64,000 nt of DNA. Origin: a candidate division WOR-3 bacterium. Its GTDB lineage: Bacteria; Hydrothermota; Tepidihabitantia; Tepidihabitantales; Tepidihabitantaceae. The stretch is taken from contig JBDRUH010000002.1 of the NCBI GenBank assembly GCA_039801225.1, forward strand, positions 285 through 64,284, given 5' to 3'. The notes below the pieces were generated by a model. The model did no database searches and was not told the origin of the DNA. It saw only the letters and a list, made by a program, of their open reading frames with translations. This document shows, piece by piece, positions 19,833-28,803 of this stretch (its first letter is position 1; each line of letters opens with the position of its first letter). The translations under genes and the position numbers were made by a program.

Positions 19833-21545
19833 CTACTGTTGGGTAGCCAAGTCTAAGATATTTAGTTGGACCGACTTTCTGCCTTTAAAGTAATCGGTTT
19901 TAACCGTATAACAGATATCTAAATGCCCGGGTTTCCCCACCTGAAGGTTTAAAAGGTCAGAACTTCTTTTCCAGGCGATAGCCGGAAAAACGGCTGAGTT
20001 CGCTCTCACCTTGAATTTCAAATGCTCCCTTCCCACCCTTCGGGGATAGCCAACCACCTCCACCCCCTTACTGACAAATACCGGCTCCGGATTATCCGGT
20101 CCGAAAGGCTCAAACTGGGCAAAAAAACGGAGAAAATTCTCATCAATTTCCTCCAGGTCAATAACCGCCTCAATATGAAGGGTAGGTTCAAAGATTTCAT
20201 CCGGTAGACCACGGGCAAACTCATTTATTGCCCGAGTGAATGGCTCGAGCATCTCCGGTCTTATTTTTAGCCCTGCCGCATAACGATGACCACCAAAAGT
20301 AACAAGATACCCCTGGGTCGCCCTAAGCGCCTGATATAAGTTGAAGTTGTTGATGGAACGCCCCGACCCTTTCCCTATCTCCTCTTCAAGCGAAATAACG
20401 ATAGCGGGGCGCCAAAACCGCTCCACCAGCCGCGCCGCAACAATACCAACAACTCCCACGCTCCAGCCCCTCCGGGCGAGCACGATAACCCGTTCTTCAT
20501 CCAGCCTCCTCTTTTCAACCTCGCCAATTGCTTCAGCAAGTATCGCCTCCTCCATCTTCTGACGGAAACGGTTAAGTTCCTCCAAACGCTCTGCAAGTCC
20601 AATCGCCTCCTCAAAACTCTCCGTGAGAAGGAGTTTCAATGCCATCCGGGCATGCCCCACTCTGCCCGCAGCATTAAGCCGGGGGGCAAGGATGAAATTG
20701 ACATCCCGGGTAGAAAGGTTTTTGCCTCTTAAACCGCTTGTTTCAATAAGCGCCCTGATACCCGGACGTTTGCTCCGACTTAACGCAACTAAACCAAAAC
20801 GGGCAATGATCCGATTCTCACCAATAAGGGGCACCACATCAGCAAGTGTCCCCAGTCCCACCAGGTCAAGAAGGGAGACCAGTTCCTCCTTCTTTCTGCC
20901 CGAGGCTGCCAATAGACTCCAGGCGAGTTTAAACGCCACACCGACACCGGCCAGTTCCGGAAAAGGATATCCCGAATCCATTCGCTTGGGATTGACAAAA
21001 GCCACCGCCGGAGGATACTCCGGACCGGTCTCATGATGGTCAGTAACTATCACATCAACCCCTTCACTCTGCGCCCGCTTTATCACCGCTATGTCGTTAG
21101 AGCCGCAATCATTGGTGATAATAAGGCGGATGTTATTTAAAAGGGCAAATTCTAATCCCCCGGACGAAAGTCCATACCCTTCACTCTCCCGGTGGGGAAG
21201 ATAATAATATACCTTTCCACCAAGCGATTTTAAAACCGACACCAAGAGTGCTGTGCCACACACACCATCCACATCATAATCTCCATATACCAGGAGCGGC
21301 TCCTTTCTATCTATGGCAGTTATGATGCGTTCGGTTGCTATCCCGATATCGGGAAGGGTGTCGGGTTTATTCAACCAGGCCGGAGAAGGGTTCAAAAACT
21401 CCTTAACCGCTTCCGGGGTGCGACAGCCCCTTTGGTAAAGAAGTAGGGCAATGAGTGGCGCCACCCTAGTCTCCCTGATAAGGTTCTGAATCTCAACCGG
21501 CGAGGACAAAGGTAAACGCCAGCGATGATTGGGCACTATCGCCAT
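19833..21545 (-). CDS. recJ: Single-stranded-DNA-specific exonuclease RecJ
   Basis: DHH-family motifs (VYGDYDVDG, NDCGS, VIVTDHHE) plus a DHHA1 region (GGHRYAAG). The track start at 21560 is a TTG and the first ATG is at 21545, so the start is uncertain. Confidence 0.9.
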   Translation of the reverse strand: MAIVPNHRWRLPLSSPVEIQNLIRETRVAPLIALLLYQRGCRTPEAVKEFLNPSPAWLNKPDTLPDIGIATERIITAIDRKEPLLVYGDYDVDGVCGTALLVSVLKSLGGKVYYYLPHRESEGYGLSSGGLEFALLNNIRLIITNDCGSNDIAVIKRAQSEGVDVIVTDHHETGPEYPPAVAFVNPKRMDSGYPFPELAGVGVAFKLAWSLLAASGRKKEELVSLLDLVGLGTLADVVPLIGENRIIARFGLVALSRSKRPGIRALIETSGLRGKNLSTRDVNFILAPRLNAAGRVGHARMALKLLLTESFEEAIGLAERLEELNRFRQKMEEAILAEAIGEVEKRRLDEERVIVLARRGWSVGVVGIVAARLVERFWRPAIVISLEEEIGKGSGRSINNFNLYQALRATQGYLVTFGGHRYAAGLKIRPEMLEPFTRAINEFARGLPDEIFEPTLHIEAVIDLEEIDENFLRFFAQFEPFGPDNPEPVFVSKGVEVVGYPRRVGREHLKFKVRANSAVFPAIAWKRSSDLLNLQVGKPGHLDICYTVKTDYFKGRKSVQLNILDLATQQ

Positions 21546-21706
21546 ACTAATTCTTATCAATCACTACTGGTGCTGTCAAATAAGTTTTTCTTTTTTCTTC
21601 ACAACTGGCTTAGAAACGGGTGAGTTTAAAAGCCGGCGAAGTGGTTATTGACGGTAGCGGATTTGGATGCTATCTTTTGGAAAATTCAAACGAAAGGAGT
21701 TAATTT

Positions 21707-22045
21707 ATGGCCTGCTTTCTTGTCCCGGCTGCCGCGGGAATTGCCACAACCGCTTTGAAAAAGAAGTTTCCTGCGGAGTTTCACCCGGAGTGGCTGAATT
21801 CAATGCTCTGGGGCGGAGTGGCAATGCTGGCGGTGGAGCACTTTAGCCACGGCGAGGTGGTACCCTATCCGCCTTTCTTGACCGCAATGAAAAACCCCTC
21901 AGAAGTTTCGGTAATGCTCAAGGAGATGCTGACCGTTGGTGGCACAATGACCTTGGCAATCTTTGCCGTCTGGCTGATACTGGTGGCGGTTAGTAAGAAA
22001 ATGCCCGGGAAAAGTAAGGTTACGGTTAAAACTGATGGAGGATAA
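21707..22045 (+). CDS. Small membrane protein, paralog 1 (unknown family)
   Basis: 112 aa with 2-3 predicted TM helices. An AAGGAG RBS lies upstream. It shares an LWGG..M..V[ED]H motif with the next ORF. Confidence 0.6.
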   Translation: MACFLVPAAAGIATTALKKKFPAEFHPEWLNSMLWGGVAMLAVEHFSHGEVVPYPPFLTAMKNPSEVSVMLKEMLTVGGTMTLAIFAVWLILVAVSKKMPGKSKVTVKTDGG

Positions 22046-22048
22046 GCG

Positions 22049-22333
22049 ATGTGGTTGATAACCACTCTTGCCGCAGCAATCGTTGCCACCGTTTTCTGGC
22101 GATTGTTTAGAGGTAAATACCAACTGGGCTTTTTAAGCCTATTGCTCTGGGGTGGAACGGTGATGATCCTTGTTGACCATATCCTCGGCTATGAGGGCGG
22201 AAGGTTTATTGAGGCAACGACTGATGGTATGGTGAGAAGCGGCACCCTGCTCGGGCTCTGGATGTTATTACCAGTTCTAATAATCTGGGCGGTGGCGCTT
22301 TTTCTCAGCTGGACTAAAGAAAAGAAAGGTTAA
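22049..22333 (+). CDS. Small membrane protein, paralog 2 (unknown family)
   Basis: 94 aa, starting 3 nt after paralog 1. It aligns with paralog 1 over the first ~50 aa. Confidence 0.6.
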   Translation: MWLITTLAAAIVATVFWRLFRGKYQLGFLSLLLWGGTVMILVDHILGYEGGRFIEATTDGMVRSGTLLGLWMLLPVLIIWAVALFLSWTKEKKG

Positions 22334-22334
22334 A

Positions 22335-23993
22335 TTACTGGCTACCCGGGCACTCGCGGGCAACTATCGGGTCAATACCCTTGTTGCGGTAGGCGTGGTG
22401 GAAGAAGATGTTAAACTCGTTTGCCAGTTTCTTTGCCCGCTCTTCATAGGCTGACCGGTCCTGCCAGGTGTTTTTCGGGTTGAGAACCACCGGGTCGGGC
22501 ACACCCGGGCAGGATCTCGGAATCTGAAGCCGGAAAAAGGGCTCAGATTCGTAATCAACATTCTCCAGTGCACCCTTAAGAATCGCCCGAATGATTTGCC
22601 GGGTAAGGGTGATGTCAATTCTTTTTCCCACGCCGTAAGGTCCACCGGTCCAACCGGTGTTTACCAAGTAAACCTTGGTGTTATGACGGCGCAGTTTCTC
22701 ACCAAGGAGACGGGCGTAAGCATCGGGATTCCGAGGCATAAATGGCTGACCAAAAAAACGGGAAAAGGTGCTCTTGGGTTCAATGATGCCGGTCTCGGTG
22801 CCCGCCAGTTTTGATGTGTAACCGACAAGAAACCAGAACATCGCCTGCTCGTTAGTAAGTTTCGCTACCGGCGGCAGGACACCGTTGGCATCAGCGGTGA
22901 GGAAGATTATCGCTTTGGGATGACCACCAATTGGCGGTGTTTTTATATTACTCAAAAATGATAACGGATAGGAGCCCCGGGAGTTCTCGGTTAAGCGGGA
23001 GTCGCTCAGGTCAAATGTGCCATCGGGATAAATCATCGCATTCTCCACGATTGCCCCGTGCTCCAAATAGGGTGCCTCATGGAAGCAGGCCTGGTAAATC
23101 TCCGGCTCCTTTTTCGGGTCAAGGTTGATCAGTTTCGCATAACAGCCATTCTCAAAGTTGGCAATGCCATCATCAGACCAGCCATGCTCGTCGTCGCCCA
23201 AAAGTTTCCGCTCCGGGTCGGTGGAAAGGGAGGTCTTGCCCGTGCCAGAAAGCCCCAAGAAAAGGGCGATGTCCCCTTCCTGCCCCTCGTTTGCCGAACA
23301 GTGCAGCGGCAGAATCCCCTTTTCCGGTAAGAGGTAGTTCATTACGGTAAACATCATCTTCTTGATGCTACCGCAATACGCCGAGCCGATGATAATTCCG
23401 AGCCGGTGGTCAAAGTCAATGGCGATGACCATTGTGCTCGTTTGGTTGGTCGTGGGCAGACGCCGGAGCCGGCCGGTATAGCGATTGGGGTCAAGGCGGT
23501 CATAGGGAAGGGCGATGAGGATAAACGGCTTCTCGGCAAGAGAGGAACGGTTGATATCCTCAGGCACCGGACAGAACATATTGTCGCAAAAGAGCGCCTG
23601 AAGCGCCCGGTCGGTAATCACCTGAAGCGGTAGGGCGTAACGGACATCGGCACCGACCACCCGTTTGAGTAAATAGAGCCGGGACTTCTTTGCCAGCCGT
23701 TCCACAGCATCGGCAAATATCATATCAAAGGTCTCGGGCGTAATCGGCAGGTTGTTCGGTGAACTCCAGTCAATATTTCCCTCGGACTCCGGTCGCAAAA
23801 CCGTAACCGTATCCTGCGGACTGCGACCGGTGGAGTCACTTGGTGTCCAGGTTGCCAGACAACCACATTTTGCTACCAGCGCCTCCCGATGTTCCACCGC
23901 AAAAGCGATCAACTGCCGGCGACCAGGCTCCTGCTGGATATCCGGGTGGCTCTCAAGAACCTTAGCCAATCTAACTCTAAACTCATCCATCAA
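22335..23993 (-). CDS. pckA: Phosphoenolpyruvate carboxykinase (ATP)
   Basis: 552 aa with the kinase-1a motif GLSGTGKTSLS followed by LLGDDEHGW. Confidence 0.93.
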   Translation of the reverse strand: MMDEFRVRLAKVLESHPDIQQEPGRRQLIAFAVEHREALVAKCGCLATWTPSDSTGRSPQDTVTVLRPESEGNIDWSSPNNLPITPETFDMIFADAVERLAKKSRLYLLKRVVGADVRYALPLQVITDRALQALFCDNMFCPVPEDINRSSLAEKPFILIALPYDRLDPNRYTGRLRRLPTTNQTSTMVIAIDFDHRLGIIIGSAYCGSIKKMMFTVMNYLLPEKGILPLHCSANEGQEGDIALFLGLSGTGKTSLSTDPERKLLGDDEHGWSDDGIANFENGCYAKLINLDPKKEPEIYQACFHEAPYLEHGAIVENAMIYPDGTFDLSDSRLTENSRGSYPLSFLSNIKTPPIGGHPKAIIFLTADANGVLPPVAKLTNEQAMFWFLVGYTSKLAGTETGIIEPKSTFSRFFGQPFMPRNPDAYARLLGEKLRRHNTKVYLVNTGWTGGPYGVGKRIDITLTRQIIRAILKGALENVDYESEPFFRLQIPRSCPGVPDPVVLNPKNTWQDRSAYEERAKKLANEFNIFFHHAYRNKGIDPIVARECPGSQ

Positions 23994-26623
23994 TCAGAAC
24001 TCCTTTCCACTTTTTTCCCGAGTGCGGACTGTGCCGCAACCAGCCGGGCGATCGGCAACCGATAGGGTGAGCAACTCACATAGTCAATACCAAGTTTGTG
24101 GCAGAACTCAATTGTCCTTGGGTCACCACCGTGTTCACCGCAAATACCGATCTTTAATCTCGGATTAACCTTTCGCCCTAAACGCACCGCCATCTGCAAG
24201 AGACCTCCTACCCCTTTGATGTCCAAGGTCTCAAACGGGTCCTCACTCATTACCCCTAACCGCTTATAATCAGGAAAAAACTTCCCATAATCATCCCGGG
24301 AAAAGGCAAAGGTCAACTGGGTTAAATCGTTGGTACCGAAAGAGAAAAAGTCGGCAACCTCGGCGACCTCATCGGCAATCAGCGCCGCCCGCGGCACCTC
24401 AATCATCGTTCCCACCCGGTATGCTACCTTGACACCAACCTCTTTAAAAACCGCCGCAGCAACCTCTTCCACCAAACGGCGCTCATGGGCAAGTTCACGA
24501 GCATCACTTACTAAGGGAATCATTACCTCAGGAAAAACCTTTAACCCCTCCTTCTTCACCTGGCAGGCGGCCTCAAAAATCGCCCGCGCCTGCATTGCGG
24601 TTATCTCCGGATGGATTATTCCCAAACGACAGCCCCGAAAGCCGAGCATCGGATTCACCTCCTCAAGCCTTTTGACCGTATTTAGAACTCGCTCAAAGGT
24701 GACACCCAGTTTCTCGGCGAGCAATTTCATTTGCTCCTCGTCGGTGGGCAGAAATTCGTGGAGGGGCGGGTCAAGGGTTCGGATTGTTACCGGTAGACCG
24801 GCCATCACCCGGAATATAGCCACAAAATCCTCCCGCTGCATCGGCAAGAGTTTATCCAAAGCCTTTTTTCTGCCCTCAGCATCCAGAGCGAGAATCATCT
24901 CCTGCATTACGCCAACCCGGTCCTGGGCAAAGAACATATGCTCGGTGCGACAGAGTCCGATTCCCTCGGCACCAAAATGTCGGGCGCGCTGGGCATCCTC
25001 TGGCGTGTCGGCATTCGCCCGCACCCGGAGTTTTCGGAAATCGTCCGCCCATTCAAGCAAAGCAATAGCCTCACCAGAAAGTTCCGGCTCCACCATCTCA
25101 ACCGCACCAATAATCACCTCGCCGGTTGAACCGTTGATGGTGAGCACATCCCCCTCTTTTAACTCCTGACCGGCTATCCGAATTACCCCGCGCTCATAGT
25201 CCACCTGAATCGCCTCACAGCCGACCACCGCCGGTTTTCCCATTCCTCGGGCAACCACCGCTGCATGGGAGGTGGTGCCACCTGCTGCGGTAAGAATCCC
25301 TTCCGCCTTTGCCATTCCCTTCACATCGTCGGCTGAGGTCTGATGCCGGACTAAAATCACCTTTTTCCCCTGTTCTGTCAGTTCTACTGCCCGATGGGAA
25401 AAGAGCACCAGTTCACCCTTTGCCGCACCAGGCGAGGCAGGAATTCCTCGGGCAGCAACGGTGTATTTTGCCTCAGGCGCAATCGTCTTATGCAACAGCG
25501 TGTTTAATATTTCCGGTCCAATCCGGCTCAGCGCCTCGGCCTTGGTAATTAACCGCTCCCTAACCATATCGGTCGCAATCTTAACCGCGGCTCGGGGAGT
25601 TCGTTTCCCACTCCGGCACTGGAGTATCCACAACCTCCCCTCTTCAACCGTCCATTCAACATCCATCATCTCCCGGTAATGCCGCTCAAGCCGGCTCAGG
25701 GCTTTTGCCAACTCCTGATACACCTCGGGGTAATCCTCCTTTAACCGGGCAATTGGCTGCGGCGTCCTCAGCCCGGCAACAATGTCCTCGCCCTGGGCAT
25801 TAGCAAGATACTCACCATAAAGTTGTCGCTCCCCGCTGGCTGGGTCCCGGGTGAAAACCACCCCGGTTGCCGATGTCGCACCACGGTTACCAAAAACCAT
25901 CGCCTGAACATTCACCGCCGTGCCCCAGTCATCCGGGATGGAGTAAATCCGACGATACTCCTTTGCCCGCGGATTCTCCCAGGACTTGAACACCGCTTCA
26001 ATCGCCAGCCACAGCTGCTCATTTGGGTCCTGGGGAAACTCCCTCTGCGTCCTATCTCGCACAATCGCCTTGAATTTGGCGACAACCTCCTCAAGAGTTC
26101 CTTCAGCAATTTCCCCACGACTAAAGTCCTGCTCTACATCCCGCCAGATTTTTTCAAACTCCTCCCTGCCGGTTTTGAGGACAACATCGCCAAACATCTG
26201 AATCAACCGACGATAGGCATCAAGGGCAAATCGGCGATTATTGGTCCTTCTTGCCAGCCCTTCAACGGTTATGTCATTCAAGCCGATATTCAAAACTGTG
26301 TCCATCATTCCCGGCATTGAGGCTCGGGCGCCCGAGCGAACCGAGACCAGAAGCGGATTTTCCGGGTCGCCAAACCTCCGCCCCATCACCTTCTCAATAA
26401 ACTTTAGTCCTTTTGCCACCTCCCGCTTTAAGCCCGGAACCATCCGACCGTGCCGCAGATAATAGACACAGGCTGCGGTGGTGATCGTGAAACCGGGTGG
26501 CACCGCTAAACCGATGCGGCACATCTCGGCGAGATTGGCACCCTTGCCGCCCAGGATGTCCCTCATTCCTGCCGAACCAGCCGCTTTCCCATTGCCAAAA
26601 AGATAGACCAATTTCTTTCTCAT
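23990..26623 (-). CDS. ppdK: Pyruvate, phosphate dikinase
   Basis: 877 aa with an N-terminal GGKGANLAEM, the phosphohistidine loop GGTTSHAAVVARGMGKPAV and a C-terminal PEP-utilizer TIM barrel (FFSFGTNDLTQ). It overlaps pckA by 4 nt. Confidence 0.95.
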   Translation of the reverse strand: MRKKLVYLFGNGKAAGSAGMRDILGGKGANLAEMCRIGLAVPPGFTITTAACVYYLRHGRMVPGLKREVAKGLKFIEKVMGRRFGDPENPLLVSVRSGARASMPGMMDTVLNIGLNDITVEGLARRTNNRRFALDAYRRLIQMFGDVVLKTGREEFEKIWRDVEQDFSRGEIAEGTLEEVVAKFKAIVRDRTQREFPQDPNEQLWLAIEAVFKSWENPRAKEYRRIYSIPDDWGTAVNVQAMVFGNRGATSATGVVFTRDPASGERQLYGEYLANAQGEDIVAGLRTPQPIARLKEDYPEVYQELAKALSRLERHYREMMDVEWTVEEGRLWILQCRSGKRTPRAAVKIATDMVRERLITKAEALSRIGPEILNTLLHKTIAPEAKYTVAARGIPASPGAAKGELVLFSHRAVELTEQGKKVILVRHQTSADDVKGMAKAEGILTAAGGTTSHAAVVARGMGKPAVVGCEAIQVDYERGVIRIAGQELKEGDVLTINGSTGEVIIGAVEMVEPELSGEAIALLEWADDFRKLRVRANADTPEDAQRARHFGAEGIGLCRTEHMFFAQDRVGVMQEMILALDAEGRKKALDKLLPMQREDFVAIFRVMAGLPVTIRTLDPPLHEFLPTDEEQMKLLAEKLGVTFERVLNTVKRLEEVNPMLGFRGCRLGIIHPEITAMQARAIFEAACQVKKEGLKVFPEVMIPLVSDARELAHERRLVEEVAAAVFKEVGVKVAYRVGTMIEVPRAALIADEVAEVADFFSFGTNDLTQLTFAFSRDDYGKFFPDYKRLGVMSEDPFETLDIKGVGGLLQMAVRLGRKVNPRLKIGICGEHGGDPRTIEFCHKLGIDYVSCSPYRLPIARLVAAQSALGKKVERSSD

Positions 26624-26646
26624 AATCTCCTTTCTTAAAAATTAAC

Positions 26647-26877
26647 TCACCGCCAGCGCCGAAAGAGCAGATTAAGAATCAAAGTCAATAAAATTGAGAT
26701 AACGAGCATTGACACAATCGGAATATAGATAACTAAATTGGGGCGCTGGATTAAAATATCGCCGGGCAGACGCGGCGCGCCCAGCCGGCTAATGAAAAGT
26801 AGCAACAACCCGAGGAAAAGGAAAATCCCGCCCAAAAGAATCAAAAGCCGTCCCAACACTGATAGATTACCCATCAC
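26647..26877 (-). CDS. DUF2905-family small membrane protein
   Basis: 76 aa with two TM helices and RLPGDILIQRPN between them. Confidence 0.65.
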   Translation of the reverse strand: MMGNLSVLGRLLILLGGIFLFLGLLLLFISRLGAPRLPGDILIQRPNLVIYIPIVSMLVISILLTLILNLLFRRWR

Positions 26878-27112
26878 TTTTCTCTACTTGATTAGACGCC
26901 AGAAATCCGGCAACAATCTCCTTTGCCTGGGCAAAGTTCTCCTCCGCAACCAGCACCTCACCCCAGTGCGGTCGCATCATCTGTGCCACCCCGTCATAGG
27001 CGGGAATTTGGAAGGAGTGAATCAGCGCCGGAATGCCATTCTGTTCCAAAAGGTCGCGAATTGCATTCGCCATTAACTCATTTTCTACTTGACAAACCGC
27101 CATCAATGCCAT
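26867..27112 (-). CDS. DUF2007-like putative signal-transducing protein
   Basis: 81 aa with E..MANAIRDLLEQNGIPALI..., a pattern recalled for DUF2007. It overlaps the DUF2905 gene by 11 nt. Confidence 0.5.
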   Translation of the reverse strand: MALMAVCQVENELMANAIRDLLEQNGIPALIHSFQIPAYDGVAQMMRPHWGEVLVAEENFAQAKEIVAGFLASNQVEKSDG

Positions 27113-27204
27113 AGAACCAAAATTATAACAAACCGCTCTGAAAAATCAAAATTTATTTTTTACTGACTTCTCTTTCTCACCGGTCAAAAAATTTGCCGCC
27201 TTAA

Positions 27205-27480
27205 GTTTTAAACTCTCCTGTTAACTCTAATCTTACTTTCGTTGTAAAAATCGTCGAAGATTCCCTTTTGAGCCCTCTTGTTAAAGCCGATTCGCCATCG
27301 TTTTTTGACCTTATTTTTAATAATGAAATGGGCAATAAAAGAAGCATTAGTAAAAAACCATCTTTAAAGCCCGATTTTACAACCACTTATGCAGAAAATC
27401 CTCCCTTTAAACTTACCAACAAGTCTAAAAACGAGTCCGGAAAGGGTTTTACCACCCTAGTGCTGGAGTGGACCGCCCCC
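27205..27480 (+). repeat. 276-nt dispersed element, copy 1 (candidate MITE or ncRNA)
   Basis: The 72-nt right-hand core (27409..27480) matches 61357..61428 at 68/72 positions. The AT-rich left part shares collinear blocks with copy 2 (GTTTTAAACTCT, TAATCTTA, GTTGTAAAAA/CTTGTTAAAA, TAAAAAACC). Confidence 0.75.
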
Positions 27481-27645
27481 CATTTAACTATCCTCTGAAA
27501 AACACAAAGGCTTAAATAATTGCATTTTAATAATTTATGTTGATTTAAGGAGATGGGGAAAAATTCCTCTGCTCCCACCCGGAGCGAGCAAAGAAACGGT
27601 CCGGGTTGAACTATTCCTTGAGCAAAAACCAGCCTGTCCGGTCAA

Positions 27646-28210
27646 TCATTTTTTATCACTACATACTGGGGTAAACAGACTTATTTCACCTAACTGCTGT
27701 CTTACATAACTCTTAACTCTTTTGCTTCTCTTTTTTAACGAGATTTCCTTTTGCTCTAATTCCGCCGAGTCGGCAGGCAGAATAAAGGCATCTTTTATCT
27801 TCTGCCAGTCCTTATCTCTAATGGTTATCACATCATCAAGGAATTCGCTGACATAACAGCCATTGATAATAGTTGGTTCGGTTTCAGCAAGTTTCATTTT
27901 TGTGATTTCCACATATTTCGGGTCAATATCAATACCAATATACCGCCTGCCCAGTTTCTTTGCCGCAACTGCGGTTGTTCCTGTCCCGATAAACGGGTCA
28001 AGGATGATATTAAATTTTGCCCCGGTATTTTCTAAAAGTTTCGTCTATTTTTAGTAATTCTGCCTTCTTAAATTTCGAGCCTAGCAAGTGCCATAATACC
28101 CTAGGTTCAATATATCCATCTCGGTACAGGTCGATAATAATTTTCAATTTGGTTCTTTTGCGAGATTTATCTTGCTTTTTTCTTTTATTGCCTAGTTTTT
28201 CCATCATCAA
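27646..28210 (-). pseudogene. Frameshifted C-terminal remnant of a beta-class N4/N6 DNA methyltransferase
   Basis: Hand translation of 27913..28044 gives TKLLENTGAKFNIILDPFIGTGTTAVAAKKLGRRYIGIDIDPKYVEI, which is motif I followed by GIDIDP, continuing into track ORF 27646..27912. The upstream 66-aa ORF (28010..28210) is in another frame. No DPPY/NPPY motif occurs anywhere. Confidence 0.6.
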
Positions 28211-28773
28211 TCTTCCTCGTTAGAAAAAAATAATCTTTCCCACGTTTCCTTATTTTGCCAGATTTCAATTACTGATTTATGCCATGTTTTATCCTCATGT
28301 TCAGAGATGATATGCTTTACAAGTTTCCGTATCGGTTTAGTAAATTTAATGTTGATGCGCGGGAGGAATTGTATTCTTGAAACTTTACCGAGCCGCTTAG
28401 TAGATCTCAGCCACTCTACAAGTTGTTCTAAAAATTCTCCTGTATTTCCAAGCCCCAGTTGCTGGCGAATGAAAGGCAACGCTTTCGTCATTACAACAAT
28501 ATTTTCTGGTAACAGGACAAAATAAAGCCAATAGTCTCGCTCGAAAAAAAGCTTATCGATGGCTGTTAATCCGTTTATTGCTATCCAATTATCTGAACGT
28601 TCCATTGTTTTGACTTCTATTTTACGAACTTCGCCTTTTTTGTTAGTAGAAATACCATTAAACCCTGATGTCCGTTTTACCAACTCAATTCTGCAGCCTC
28701 GAAAAGTCTCTACTGAGCAGGTAAGCCCAAGCCCAAGTTTTTCGATCGTAGCCCCGTGACGAGTGGCGGCCAT
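28207..28773 (-). CDS. PD-(D/E)xK-like nuclease-fold protein (restriction-endonuclease or DUF3883-like core)
   Basis: Intact 188-aa ORF containing the segment GFNGISTNKKGEVRKIEVKTMERSDNWIAINGLTAIDKLFFERDYWLYFVLL. This resembles the G.D..(n)..IEVKT..(n)..Y.LY.V nuclease core, although the first acidic residue is not obvious. Confidence 0.45.
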   Translation of the reverse strand: MAATRHGATIEKLGLGLTCSVETFRGCRIELVKRTSGFNGISTNKKGEVRKIEVKTMERSDNWIAINGLTAIDKLFFERDYWLYFVLLPENIVVMTKALPFIRQQLGLGNTGEFLEQLVEWLRSTKRLGKVSRIQFLPRINIKFTKPIRKLVKHIISEHEDKTWHKSVIEIWQNKETWERLFFSNEED

Positions 28774-28803
28774 AGGAAGCTTAATTTAAGTTAATAATCA
28801 ATA

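Noticed and set aside
24330-25169. 279-aa plus-strand ORF (and 25309..26462 neighbours) inside the ppdK locus
   Set aside because: It is entirely antisense to a strongly conserved PPDK gene. Its product is Ser/Arg/Thr-rich low-complexity sequence typical of the reverse frame of a GC-biased gene, and it has no RBS.
27205-27408. The periodic TTTAA-containing AT-rich arm of the dispersed element, considered as a degenerate CRISPR or tandem array
   Set aside because: There is no repeat unit of constant length or sequence, the spacing is irregular, and there are no cas genes.
27431-27460. Possible SRP (4.5S) RNA helix-8 motif because of GAGTCCGGAAAGGG
   Set aside because: The GGAA is not closed by the required C-G pair. 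The second copy reads GTCAGGAAAGGG, and none of the flanking conserved SRP sequence (..GGAAGCAGCC..) is present.
27268-27498. 76-aa ORF in repeat copy 1 and 71-aa ORF 61193..61408 in copy 2. I considered that the 72-nt core encodes a conserved peptide (KSKNESGKGFTTLVLEWTAP), because 3 of the 4 substitutions are synonymous in that frame.
   Set aside because: In copy 2 that frame is closed by a TAA only 9 codons upstream of the core and has no start codon. The two track ORFs use different frames. Four substitutions are too few for a dN/dS argument. I therefore treat the element as non-coding.
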